This document shows, piece by piece, positions 16,058 to 24,134 of a stretch of 32,000 nucleotides of DNA (within the stretch, counting starts at the first letter, position 1; every line of letters starts with the position of its first letter). The notes beneath the pieces are model-generated. The model saw only the letters and a program-made list of their open reading frames with translations, was not told where the DNA came from and did not search any database. The position numbers were made by a program, and so were the translations under genes. The DNA is from Vibrio phage vB_VhaS-tm, in the sequence record KX198614.1. One strand, written 5' to 3'.

Positions 16058-16081
16058 TACCAAAGTAATCTAGCATCTAAA

Positions 16082-16118
16082 GCCTGACCGTGTTATTATA
16101 ATGGTCGGGCTTTTTTTT
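16082..16118 (+). terminator. Rho-independent terminator GCCTGACC-(13 nt)-GGTCGGGC-TTTTTTTT
   Basis: 8-bp stem with one G-U and an 8-T tract. Confidence 0.85.
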
Positions 16119-16135
16119 ACTTATGGGAGCTAATC

Positions 16136-17074
16136 ATGTCTTGTGATTTGCAAGTATATTTAGCGGCGGTATATACGAACAGCTATATGCCAGGCGGAAA
16201 CCGCTATCCAAAGCTTAACGAACGTGAACAGCAGATTATGGGCGAAGTTAAGCAGCACAACATCCTTGAATCGTACCACTACGTTCTAAAAGATACCTAT
16301 GTGCAAAACATGCGTGAGAATGGCGCAAAAGTCTTTCTCGACTCGGGTGCGTTCTCTGCGTGGTCTTTGGGTGCGACAATCAATATTGAGGATTATGTCA
16401 ATTACATTATCCGCAACCAAGATATTATCCGTGTTGAAGATGGCAACTTAATGGCTTCGGTACTCGATGCGATTGGTAGCGCGCAAGGTACATTTGAGAA
16501 CCAAATGGCAATGGAACGCATGGGCGTGCGACCGCTACCCTGTTTTCACAAGTACGAAGACGAACGTTATTTGGAATGGTATGTTAAGCGATACGATTAC
16601 ATTACCATAGGGGGCATGGTAGGCACGCCAACGCCTGTTCTAGTTAAGTGGCTTGACCACATTTGGGATAAATACCTAACCGACGGCTCCGGCAACCCGC
16701 GCATTAAGGTGCATGGTTTTGGTATCACTGCCGTCCCTGTTATGGAACGTTATCCGTGGTATAGCTGTGACTCATCGTCATGGATTCAGGCGGCTGCGTT
16801 TGGTAGCATTTACACAGCTAAGCACGGCCCCGTTCCTATATCCGCGGAATCACCTGCTAAGCACAACTTAGGGCGCCACATTGAAACCCTATCCCCAATT
16901 GAACGCGAGTACATGGAAAACATGCTTATTGAGCAAGGGTTTGACCGTGAGCGTTTATCAACCGTTTATGAATCGCGCGCAGTTTACAACATGTACGCCT
17001 ATATGGAAGTGAACCGCATGATCAACGAACAGAAAGTTAACCATAAACTAAACATGACGCAGGGGTTATTCTAA
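16136..17074 (+). CDS. dpdA: Phage-type DpdA, TGT-like DNA-guanine transglycosylase inserting a 7-deazaguanine into DNA
   Basis: 'VFLDSGAFSAWSLG', 'YITIGGMVG', 'KVHGFGITAV', 'SCDSSSWIQAAAFGSIYT'; adjacent to a complete preQ0 pathway. Confidence 0.85.
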   Translation: MSCDLQVYLAAVYTNSYMPGGNRYPKLNEREQQIMGEVKQHNILESYHYVLKDTYVQNMRENGAKVFLDSGAFSAWSLGATINIEDYVNYIIRNQDIIRVEDGNLMASVLDAIGSAQGTFENQMAMERMGVRPLPCFHKYEDERYLEWYVKRYDYITIGGMVGTPTPVLVKWLDHIWDKYLTDGSGNPRIKVHGFGITAVPVMERYPWYSCDSSSWIQAAAFGSIYTAKHGPVPISAESPAKHNLGRHIETLSPIEREYMENMLIEQGFDRERLSTVYESRAVYNMYAYMEVNRMINEQKVNHKLNMTQGLF

Positions 17075-18057
17075 TGTCCGAAGCGATGTTAAAGAAAATG
17101 AAGTTTGTGCAAGGGTCTGTCGCAAAGAAAGACTTACTACCTGCACTAACTCACTTCCGCATTGAAAGCGGTCGTATCCAAGGCTATAACGGTCACATTG
17201 CACTGTCTACCCCTATTGACTTCGACGTGGATTGTACACCAAAAGCAATCCCCCTAGTTAATGCAATTGGTCGCTGTGTGGAAACTATTCAGCTCGGTAT
17301 GACAAAGGCGGGTAAGCTGTCGGTCAAGTCGGGTAAGTTTCGCACTTACATTGAGTGTATTGAAGGCCCTACCGCGCACGTCCAACCGGAAGGTGCATTT
17401 GTAGACGTGGACGGTGAACAACTGCTAAAGGCGCTTAAAATCCTGCAACCGTTTATCGCGGACGATGCCGCCAGGCCTTGGTCGAACGGTGTCCACTTTA
17501 GCGGAGCAAGCGCATACGCGACGAATAATGTGGTCATTGCTGAGCATTGGCTAGGCTCCCCGTTCCCCGTAAAAGTTACCGTGCCTCGTGTAGCAGTTAA
17601 AGAAATCATTCGCATTGGTCGCGCACCTGTACGATTCCAAATGTCCGACCAGTCTTTGACACTGCATTACGACGATGAAAGCTGGCTACGCTGTAACCTA
17701 ATTGTTGCAGAATGGCCCGATGTTGAAAAGTTCTTCGCAGCTAACGCGAACCCTGTACCCGTACCGGAAGAGTTCTTTAAGGGTTTGGAAGACCTTAAAA
17801 ACTTCACAGACAAGTTCAACCGCGTTATTATGGAGCCTGGCTTAATGCGCACCCACTCGCTAGAGTTTGAAGAGGGTGCAGCGTTCGAGCTTGACTGGAT
17901 TACCAACAAATCGACGTTCTCATTGCCTATGCTGCAAAAGCTTGAAGGCATTGCAACAAAGATGGATCTTACTGCGTACCCTAACCCGTGCCAGTGGTAC
18001 GGTGAAAACGTGCGAGGTGTTATCGTGGGCTTACACTGGATTGAGGGCGAGCTATGA
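17074..18057 (+). CDS. DnaN-like DNA polymerase sliding clamp
   Basis: 'KFVQGSVAKKDLLPALTHFRIESGRIQGYNGHIALSTPID...' resembles phage beta-clamp proteins; sits directly before the DNA polymerase. Confidence 0.6.
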   Translation: MSEAMLKKMKFVQGSVAKKDLLPALTHFRIESGRIQGYNGHIALSTPIDFDVDCTPKAIPLVNAIGRCVETIQLGMTKAGKLSVKSGKFRTYIECIEGPTAHVQPEGAFVDVDGEQLLKALKILQPFIADDAARPWSNGVHFSGASAYATNNVVIAEHWLGSPFPVKVTVPRVAVKEIIRIGRAPVRFQMSDQSLTLHYDDESWLRCNLIVAEWPDVEKFFAANANPVPVPEEFFKGLEDLKNFTDKFNRVIMEPGLMRTHSLEFEEGAAFELDWITNKSTFSLPMLQKLEGIATKMDLTAYPNPCQWYGENVRGVIVGLHWIEGEL

Positions 18058-20315
18058 GGGCTGACGCGCTAGGCTTGTTCTGGCAAGACATGCCTAAAAT
18101 TAAAAAGGTTAAGGAAGATGAAAAGTATTTACCGCCACGCGAGACGTGGCTTTTACCGTCTTACTTACCTTATCTGGAACAGTCGTTAGAGTTCGACGTC
18201 GACTTAATGACCGACCAAGAGCTTATCTTTGCACAGCAAAACGGTCACCCGTTTGTGTACGATATTGAGTCATATATTAACTATTACTTAATAGCGTTTA
18301 AAGACGTCATTACCAACAAAGTGATCTACTTTGAACGTATTGGTACGGATTACGGTGACAGCGACTGGAACGACGACCCGCGCAAATTGGAATGGATACT
18401 TAAGTCTATTCAAATTATCGGGTTTAACTCAATCGGGTTTGACTGGCCGTTAGCTGTTATGGCAATTAACGGTAAGTCTATTGCACAGATGAAAGCTGCC
18501 ACCAACATGATTATCATGGAGGGTTATAAGCCTTGGCAAATACTGCGCAAGCTTAAGCTCAAAGGCCCCAAAGCTGACCACATAGATATCATGGAAGTTG
18601 CACCGCTAAGCGGTTCACTTAAGATATACGGCGGTCGCGCTAATACCAAAAAGATGCAGGACTTACCATTTCACCCCGAAGTGGAGCTATCCCCTGAACA
18701 GATTGCTATTACGCGCTTCTACTGTATTAACGACCTTGACACCACTATTGACGTCTATAAGAAGATTAAAAAGGACATTACACTTCGCGAGGAAATGTCT
18801 GAGCAATACGGTGTTGACTTGCGTAGTAAATCGGACGCACAGATTGCGGAAGCGGTAATTGCACACGAGCTTGAAGTAATGCTAGGTCATAGACCAAGCA
18901 AGCCAACAATTGAGCCTGGCACTGCGTACCGCTACCGTGTACCGCAATGGATGGGCTTCCAAACGCCGCTCATGCAAAGCGTTTTGCAAGTGGTAGCGAA
19001 CACGATATTTGTGGTCAGCGAGAAAGGTTCCATTGGTTTGCCACCTCAGCTTGCGAACATGAAGATTCGCATTGGCGACAGCGTTTATAAAATGGGCATC
19101 GGTGGGTTACACAGTACCGAAAAGAAAACTACCCATTTCAGCGACGAACTGTTCCAACTAAGCGACCACGACGTAACCTCATACTATCCGTTCATTATCT
19201 TGAACAACAGCTTGTTCCCGCAACACTTGGGGCCCGCATTCTTGCACGTATTCAAGTCGATTGTTTATCGTCGTTTGGAAGCTAAGCACGCAGCAAGCAA
19301 GTATGAAGAACTCGCGCGCAATGAAACCGATGCAGTTAAAAAAGCTGAATACGAAACATTGCAAAAAGACAACAAGCGTACAGCGGACAGCCTTAAGATC
19401 GTAATCAACGGAACGTTCGGTAAGCTTGGTTCGCAATGGTCGCTATTCTACTCGCCGGACTTGTTGATCCAAACAACACTGACGGGTCAGCTTGCGTTGC
19501 TAATGCTTATTGAAATGTTCGAGCTTAATGGAATCCCTGTTGTGTCTGCGAACACGGATGGTATTGTAATCAAGTGCCCGCGTACTAAGTTCGCAACCCG
19601 TGACGCAATCTTGGAAGCTTGGCAGCAACAAACTAACTTCGAACTAGAAGGGACGTTCTACAAGGCGTTATGCAGTAAAGACGTAAACAACTACTTCGCG
19701 GTTAAAGAGAAGGGTGGGGTTAAGGGTAAGGGCTTGTACAGCGATCCGGGCCTTAGAAAGAACCCTACCACGACCATTTGCGCAAAAGCAGTTGAGAAGT
19801 TCCTTGAGTTTGGTACACCACTCAGTGAAACAATTCGATCGTGTGAAGACTTGACTAAGTTTATTGCAGTGCGTAACGTGACAGGGGGCGCGGTTGCGGT
19901 AGAATACCGTGACTTAGGCGAAGAAGGAAAAGTCAACCTTGAAGATATGGAACGTCAACTGTTAGACACCGGATGGGTTAAATACGAAGGGGGTACTTGG
20001 ATTAAACAGGAGTGGATTGATAACCGTGAACCTTACGACCGCATGGCCACAAGTTTAAGAAGTGCGTACAGCCAGGCGCGTTGGACGCCTATTCGTCACG
20101 CTTATTTAGGCAAAGCCGTTCGTTGGTACTACGCTAAACAACCTGAAAAGCATCATACACGAATGCTATATGCTAAGAACGGGAATAAAGTACCCAAGTC
20201 TGACGCGTGTAAGCCGCTTATGGAACTACCAGACAAGATACCAGACGATTTGGATTACGATTGGTATATTAACGAAGCGGAACGCATACTCAAAGACGTT
20301 GGATACCCGCTTTAA
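18054..20315 (+). CDS. Family B-type DNA polymerase with 3'-5' exonuclease domain
   Basis: Exo I-like 'VYDIESY', 'IIGFNSIGFD', exo III-like 'YCINDLD'; motif A 'DVTSYYP', motif B 'LKIVINGTFGKLGS', motif C-like 'SANTDGIVI'. Confidence 0.85.
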   Translation: MRADALGLFWQDMPKIKKVKEDEKYLPPRETWLLPSYLPYLEQSLEFDVDLMTDQELIFAQQNGHPFVYDIESYINYYLIAFKDVITNKVIYFERIGTDYGDSDWNDDPRKLEWILKSIQIIGFNSIGFDWPLAVMAINGKSIAQMKAATNMIIMEGYKPWQILRKLKLKGPKADHIDIMEVAPLSGSLKIYGGRANTKKMQDLPFHPEVELSPEQIAITRFYCINDLDTTIDVYKKIKKDITLREEMSEQYGVDLRSKSDAQIAEAVIAHELEVMLGHRPSKPTIEPGTAYRYRVPQWMGFQTPLMQSVLQVVANTIFVVSEKGSIGLPPQLANMKIRIGDSVYKMGIGGLHSTEKKTTHFSDELFQLSDHDVTSYYPFIILNNSLFPQHLGPAFLHVFKSIVYRRLEAKHAASKYEELARNETDAVKKAEYETLQKDNKRTADSLKIVINGTFGKLGSQWSLFYSPDLLIQTTLTGQLALLMLIEMFELNGIPVVSANTDGIVIKCPRTKFATRDAILEAWQQQTNFELEGTFYKALCSKDVNNYFAVKEKGGVKGKGLYSDPGLRKNPTTTICAKAVEKFLEFGTPLSETIRSCEDLTKFIAVRNVTGGAVAVEYRDLGEEGKVNLEDMERQLLDTGWVKYEGGTWIKQEWIDNREPYDRMATSLRSAYSQARWTPIRHAYLGKAVRWYYAKQPEKHHTRMLYAKNGNKVPKSDACKPLMELPDKIPDDLDYDWYINEAERILKDVGYPL

Positions 20316-20330
20316 ATTAAATCTAAACTC

Positions 20331-20363
20331 AGGGTTGACGTAATGTCAGCCCTTTAGTATATT
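20331..20363 (+). promoter_or_regulatory. Composite element: hairpin AGGGTTGAC-GTAAT-GTCAGCCCT overlapping TTGACG-N17-TATATT
   Basis: Stem 20331-20339/20345-20353; -35 at 20335-20340; -10 at 20358-20363. Confidence 0.55.
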
Positions 20364-20401
20364 AAACCCATCGACAGCAATAACGCTTTTAAGGAGCTCA
20401 C

Positions 20402-20650
20402 ATGTCTAATGTTCAAATGTTTGGTTTAGTAGTTCTTGCAAATGGTACAGTCATTGACCTAGATGGCGGTTCGCTTAGCGTTGCAAACCTTAAAGCTGAA
20501 TGGTCACTATCAAATTTAGTTGTCGCAATTACGGACGGTTCAATCCCTGAAGATGAATGCGAAGTTTATGCCGTTGAAGGCGATGAAGATTATACTTTCA
20601 CTTCCGCTACTGTTCAGCTGCTTAACGCTTGGTTAGCTATACGCGCATAG
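20402..20650 (+). CDS. Small hypothetical protein, 82 aa
   Basis: ORF with AAGGAG RBS ('ttttaaggagctcacatg'). Confidence 0.65.
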   Translation: MSNVQMFGLVVLANGTVIDLDGGSLSVANLKAEWSLSNLVVAITDGSIPEDECEVYAVEGDEDYTFTSATVQLLNAWLAIRA

Positions 20651-20669
20651 GGTAAAATGCAAATATTTC

Positions 20670-20700
20670 GGGGGTACACGCTGCCAAAGCGGTTAACCCC
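20670..20700 (+). other. Imperfect intergenic hairpin GGGGGT...CGCT-gccaa-AGCG...AACCCC
   Basis: Same G-led hairpin style as the others. Confidence 0.4.
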
Positions 20701-20759
20701 TAACAACCATATTAGTTTATACTTTAAACGCGCACACGCGCACACAGTAAGGATTTATT

Positions 20760-21008
20760 ATGAACTTTAACACGAAGTCAAAAATGGTAGGTTTTCTCTT
20801 AGCGTTAATTTTAGGCCCATTGGGTTACATGTATTCTTCTTTCCAAGGTGGCATTATTTTAACTGCCGTTGCGATATTGGGATCACCTACTATTATCGTG
20901 CCTGTTATATGTTGGTTACTTGCAATCATTATGGCTCCGTCAAGTGTTGGTAAGCACAACCGTAACGTTGAAATCACTATGAACCTGCTAGGGGGTCGCA
21001 ATGAATAA
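20760..21008 (+). CDS. Small membrane protein, 82 aa
   Basis: Two predicted hydrophobic segments ('VGFLLALILGPLGYMYSSF', 'ILTAVAILGSPTIIVPVICWLLAIIM'). Confidence 0.6.
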   Translation: MNFNTKSKMVGFLLALILGPLGYMYSSFQGGIILTAVAILGSPTIIVPVICWLLAIIMAPSSVGKHNRNVEITMNLLGGRNE

Positions 21009-21198
21009 TCAAACAGCAGTTTTAATTCTAGTTTGTACTTCTTTGATTTTGATGGCAGTGGGGAACATGCAGACGCAGGATGAAGCGTTGGAGCTTGAGA
21101 ACTATTGTCAAATGGTAGAGATGTATAAGCAGAGCGACGGGGAGCACGGTTGGCCCGATTACGATGAGATTTATGAAAGTCAATGTGCAAATAGATAA
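21001..21198 (+). CDS. Small N-terminally hydrophobic protein with 'YCQMVEMYKQSDGEHGWPDYDEIYESQC' motif
   Basis: ORF overlapping the previous gene, with a short hydrophobic N-terminus. Confidence 0.6.
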   Translation: MNNQTAVLILVCTSLILMAVGNMQTQDEALELENYCQMVEMYKQSDGEHGWPDYDEIYESQCANR

Positions 21199-21219
21199 GG
21201 AGCCCGAAGGCTCCTTTTT
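21197..21219 (+). terminator. Terminator AAGGAGCC-CGAA-GGCTCCTT-TTT between convergent operons; the minus-strand transcript forms GGAGCC-UUCG-GGCUCC
   Basis: 8-bp perfect stem and T5 tract on +; C(UUCG)G tetraloop on the - transcript. Confidence 0.85.
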
Positions 21220-21226
21220 ATTGAAG

Positions 21227-23737
21227 CTAAGTGAAGTAAACGTTAATTGTTTCACCTGCGTGTGACAGTAACCATGCGTTGAGTGCTGTGTACCCGCTAC
21301 CAACATAAGCCGATCCGGAACGAGGGCAGGTAACAGGGCCGTATTCTTCCCCTTTGTCGGTTATGAATTTGCAACTTATAGCATCGTTAGTTTGCCAGTA
21401 TGAGCCGTTAGTTGCTTCCAAGTATAGGCTACCGTCTGACGTGCTTTGGATGGTTAACACTTGTCCGCTCGGTTTCCACGCTGTAGGGGTGATATTAGCG
21501 CCAGCCCAATTTCGGTTATAACCTGCGCTACCACCATCAACTGAAACTAACATTCTATAAGTTGGCGTCGGGATGTCTGGAATAACAGGCGGACTGTCGG
21601 TTCTTTGTGATTGCAACACCTGACTTTGAAATGAATCTATGCCGTTGCGTTGGGCGCTAATTTCAAAGCGATAAGTGGTTGCAAAACTTCCATGCTCCTT
21701 ACCCTCGTCTTCAGTAGTATAGGTGACGGTTGTGCCCGTAACCCCCGTAAACGTCTTACGTAGTGCATTGTCCCCATAGATTTTAACAGTGTAAGACGTA
21801 CCCGCTTCAGGGCCGATATTACCCGCTTTGAAGCCATAAAGCTTATCTTGTTGCTGTATGCGGTCACGGTGCGCCCATGTAAGCACAATATCCTTGTTGA
21901 ACGTGTCAGGAAAATATTGCCCGTTAAGTTTCACGTTGCCTGGCGGGTATGGTGTATCCCAACGACGTACAGGCGTAAAACTGTCTTGAGGGGCTTTGCT
22001 AAGTTCCAATCGACCTTGCAACGTAGACGGTAAAAGCTTGAACTTAAGTGCTGCACCCCGTTCGGAAGCTGAATCGTACATTTCAGCAAAGTCGTCGAAG
22101 AAGTAAATCACGCTATTAGCTGCGTGAGAGACCGGAACGGTGTCCATAACACCACGTTCCACTGTGGCCATTCCGGTAGCAGTGTCCGCACTAACCAACT
22201 TCATATATTCGCCGTTGATAGATAGAGCTGTACCTAAAGCAACTAGATCAGCGTCAACTAGCATTCCCATTTGTATTGTAGTTGCTTTCTGGTCAATAGC
22301 TGACATTAGCTTACCGTGCGGCACAAAATCCAATGTTTCTGCTAACTGGTAACCGCCGTCGTCAACCCAAAGCTCACAGTCAATTGAATCCGCTGTTGGC
22401 CGTGCAACACAACCCATTACGTATTCGCGACCCGCTAGGTTCTGTGAATCAAAGTTAGTACCCAAACGCTGAATAATTTCACGGTATGGTGTGCTATCAA
22501 TGTAATAGGTTGACGCTGCAACGGGTTCGTTTGAAGGCGGCTTCCATTCAGTGTCCGGTGGCGTTACAAATAGAGCTGCACCTAAACCGAATACGTCTTG
22601 CATACAATCAATTGTGATTTCACCGTTTGTGGCTGTGCCGTAACTTATGTTGGATACACGCATGACCACACTACCAATCCCATAATCAGGCCAGTTGAGC
22701 ACGAAAGGGCTTCCCACTGTAAGGTCTGCCGCTTTAATGCGGTTACATTTAAGGGTGCATCCAATTAACGGCGTCGTTACAGCTTTAAGTTCACGGGTAG
22801 CAACTACGTTCGCCAACTCAGCTGTGTTAATGCCCGGATATTGACGGGTAATGCTCACGGGTGAGCCTTGCTGTCTAGATAAAGCGATATCCTGCACCGT
22901 AATAGAATCCTGTCGCGCTTCTTTACGGTTATAGAATTTAACAGTAACTTGGCTAGTTAGCTCACCCACGTTTGGACGCACAAAGTCACTAATTTGAATA
23001 ATGTCATCTTCACCTAAAACTGGGATTTTTGTTTCATCGTAATCTGCGCGAAGTAATTTAAAGTTGAATAAGCCTGTACTTTTATCAACATATAGCACCC
23101 CACCAACATGATCCATTATAAGTGCAATGAACTCGCCTATTTCCTTCTGTTTATCCCAAATAAGGGACAAACCGAATTTTTCATCAACTAGCGTCTTAGC
23201 GGCTTTAAGGAATGCAGCGTTGTCAATGGAACTTTCAGGGTAACCCATACCCCAATCCGTGTCCGTTAAACACTCACGCACAATATGGGCGGCATTCATG
23301 TCATCGCCTATACGCGCATATCGCGGCTCCCACTGCGCTTGCCCATCGCTTCGCTTCATAATTCGACGCACACGCGGGTAAATAGGTTTAAGGTAAGACG
23401 TTGTACCCGTGTAGATTTGCTTTGCAACAATGCTCAGCACACCCCGCCAGGCGGGGATATTAGTATCCTCCAACACTTTTTGAAGATATGAATTTACTGG
23501 CTGGCTAGGTTCACCAAAGAGTAAATCAAATTTTCCTGCAATGCCCCCTTCTCGGTCGTCACCCCCGAATAGGTTTGCCTTGTCCACTGTAATTTCACCG
23601 GAGCTTGTGCGTCCCTTACCTAAATGTCGTTCGTCCGCAAATAGGTCAGTCACTTCGTCAACAGGGCCGTGGCATACAGCCATATGAAGCCCTAAATAGT
23701 AGCGATGCCCTACTGTTTGTTTCTTTTTGCCGCCCAT
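21227..23737 (-). CDS. Tail tip / baseplate hub-type protein, 836 aa
   Basis: Last and largest gene of the tail-tip cluster. N-terminus 'YYLGLHMAVCHGPVDEVTDL' is typical of phage tail tip proteins. Confidence 0.6.
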   Translation of the reverse strand: MGGKKKQTVGHRYYLGLHMAVCHGPVDEVTDLFADERHLGKGRTSSGEITVDKANLFGGDDREGGIAGKFDLLFGEPSQPVNSYLQKVLEDTNIPAWRGVLSIVAKQIYTGTTSYLKPIYPRVRRIMKRSDGQAQWEPRYARIGDDMNAAHIVRECLTDTDWGMGYPESSIDNAAFLKAAKTLVDEKFGLSLIWDKQKEIGEFIALIMDHVGGVLYVDKSTGLFNFKLLRADYDETKIPVLGEDDIIQISDFVRPNVGELTSQVTVKFYNRKEARQDSITVQDIALSRQQGSPVSITRQYPGINTAELANVVATRELKAVTTPLIGCTLKCNRIKAADLTVGSPFVLNWPDYGIGSVVMRVSNISYGTATNGEITIDCMQDVFGLGAALFVTPPDTEWKPPSNEPVAASTYYIDSTPYREIIQRLGTNFDSQNLAGREYVMGCVARPTADSIDCELWVDDGGYQLAETLDFVPHGKLMSAIDQKATTIQMGMLVDADLVALGTALSINGEYMKLVSADTATGMATVERGVMDTVPVSHAANSVIYFFDDFAEMYDSASERGAALKFKLLPSTLQGRLELSKAPQDSFTPVRRWDTPYPPGNVKLNGQYFPDTFNKDIVLTWAHRDRIQQQDKLYGFKAGNIGPEAGTSYTVKIYGDNALRKTFTGVTGTTVTYTTEDEGKEHGSFATTYRFEISAQRNGIDSFQSQVLQSQRTDSPPVIPDIPTPTYRMLVSVDGGSAGYNRNWAGANITPTAWKPSGQVLTIQSTSDGSLYLEATNGSYWQTNDAISCKFITDKGEEYGPVTCPRSGSAYVGSGYTALNAWLLSHAGETINVYFT

Positions 23738-23907
23738 GCAGCCTCCACAACTTCAATCGCCATGTGGTCACCCGTAGCTAGTATTTCTTCTTCGGGTAAA
23801 CCCTCTTTAATAAACTTGTTCCAATCTAAATTATGACGTTCGCAAAAATAGCGAACGCCTTTGTGGCAGAAATAAACTGCATGTACATGATCCAATGTAA
23901 TGACCAC
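23710..23907 (-). CDS. Small hypothetical protein in tail cluster, 65 aa
   Basis: ORF overlapping the tail-tip gene start. Confidence 0.6.
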   Translation of the reverse strand: MVITLDHVHAVYFCHKGVRYFCERHNLDWNKFIKEGLPEEEILATGDHMAIEVVEAAWAAKRNKQ

Positions 23908-23908
23908 A

Positions 23909-24124
23909 TTACTTCCTTATCGGTGTAGATCGCAAATCGCCGTACCAAACAACGTTAGGGCCGCGAACGTCTACTGTACCGAAAACAACTGGGATTTCAC
24001 GCCCCACTTCAGCAGTGGGTGCGGAGAACTCGTCAATACCCGAAGGCTTGACAGCTTGTGTTCTTGGGGCCATTGCTTGTCCAATAATTAGAGCAGCAAC
24101 GACAACCGCTAAAGCATACCACAT
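23909..24124 (-). CDS. Small tail-cluster protein with N-terminal hydrophobic segment ('MWYALAVVVAALIIGQAMAP...GREIPVVFGTVDVRGPNVVWYGDLRSTPIRK')
   Basis: Start chosen at the internal ATG to minimise overlap. 'IPVVFGT...GPNVVWYGD' is a common tail-tip motif. Confidence 0.6.
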   Translation of the reverse strand: MWYALAVVVAALIIGQAMAPRTQAVKPSGIDEFSAPTAEVGREIPVVFGTVDVRGPNVVWYGDLRSTPIRK

Positions 24125-24134
24125 AATTAATTCC

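Noticed and set aside
16097-16102. Exact TATAAT upstream of dpdA as a promoter
   Set aside because: It lies in the loop of the folE terminator and has no recognisable -35 at the right spacing. Possible but not supported enough to call.
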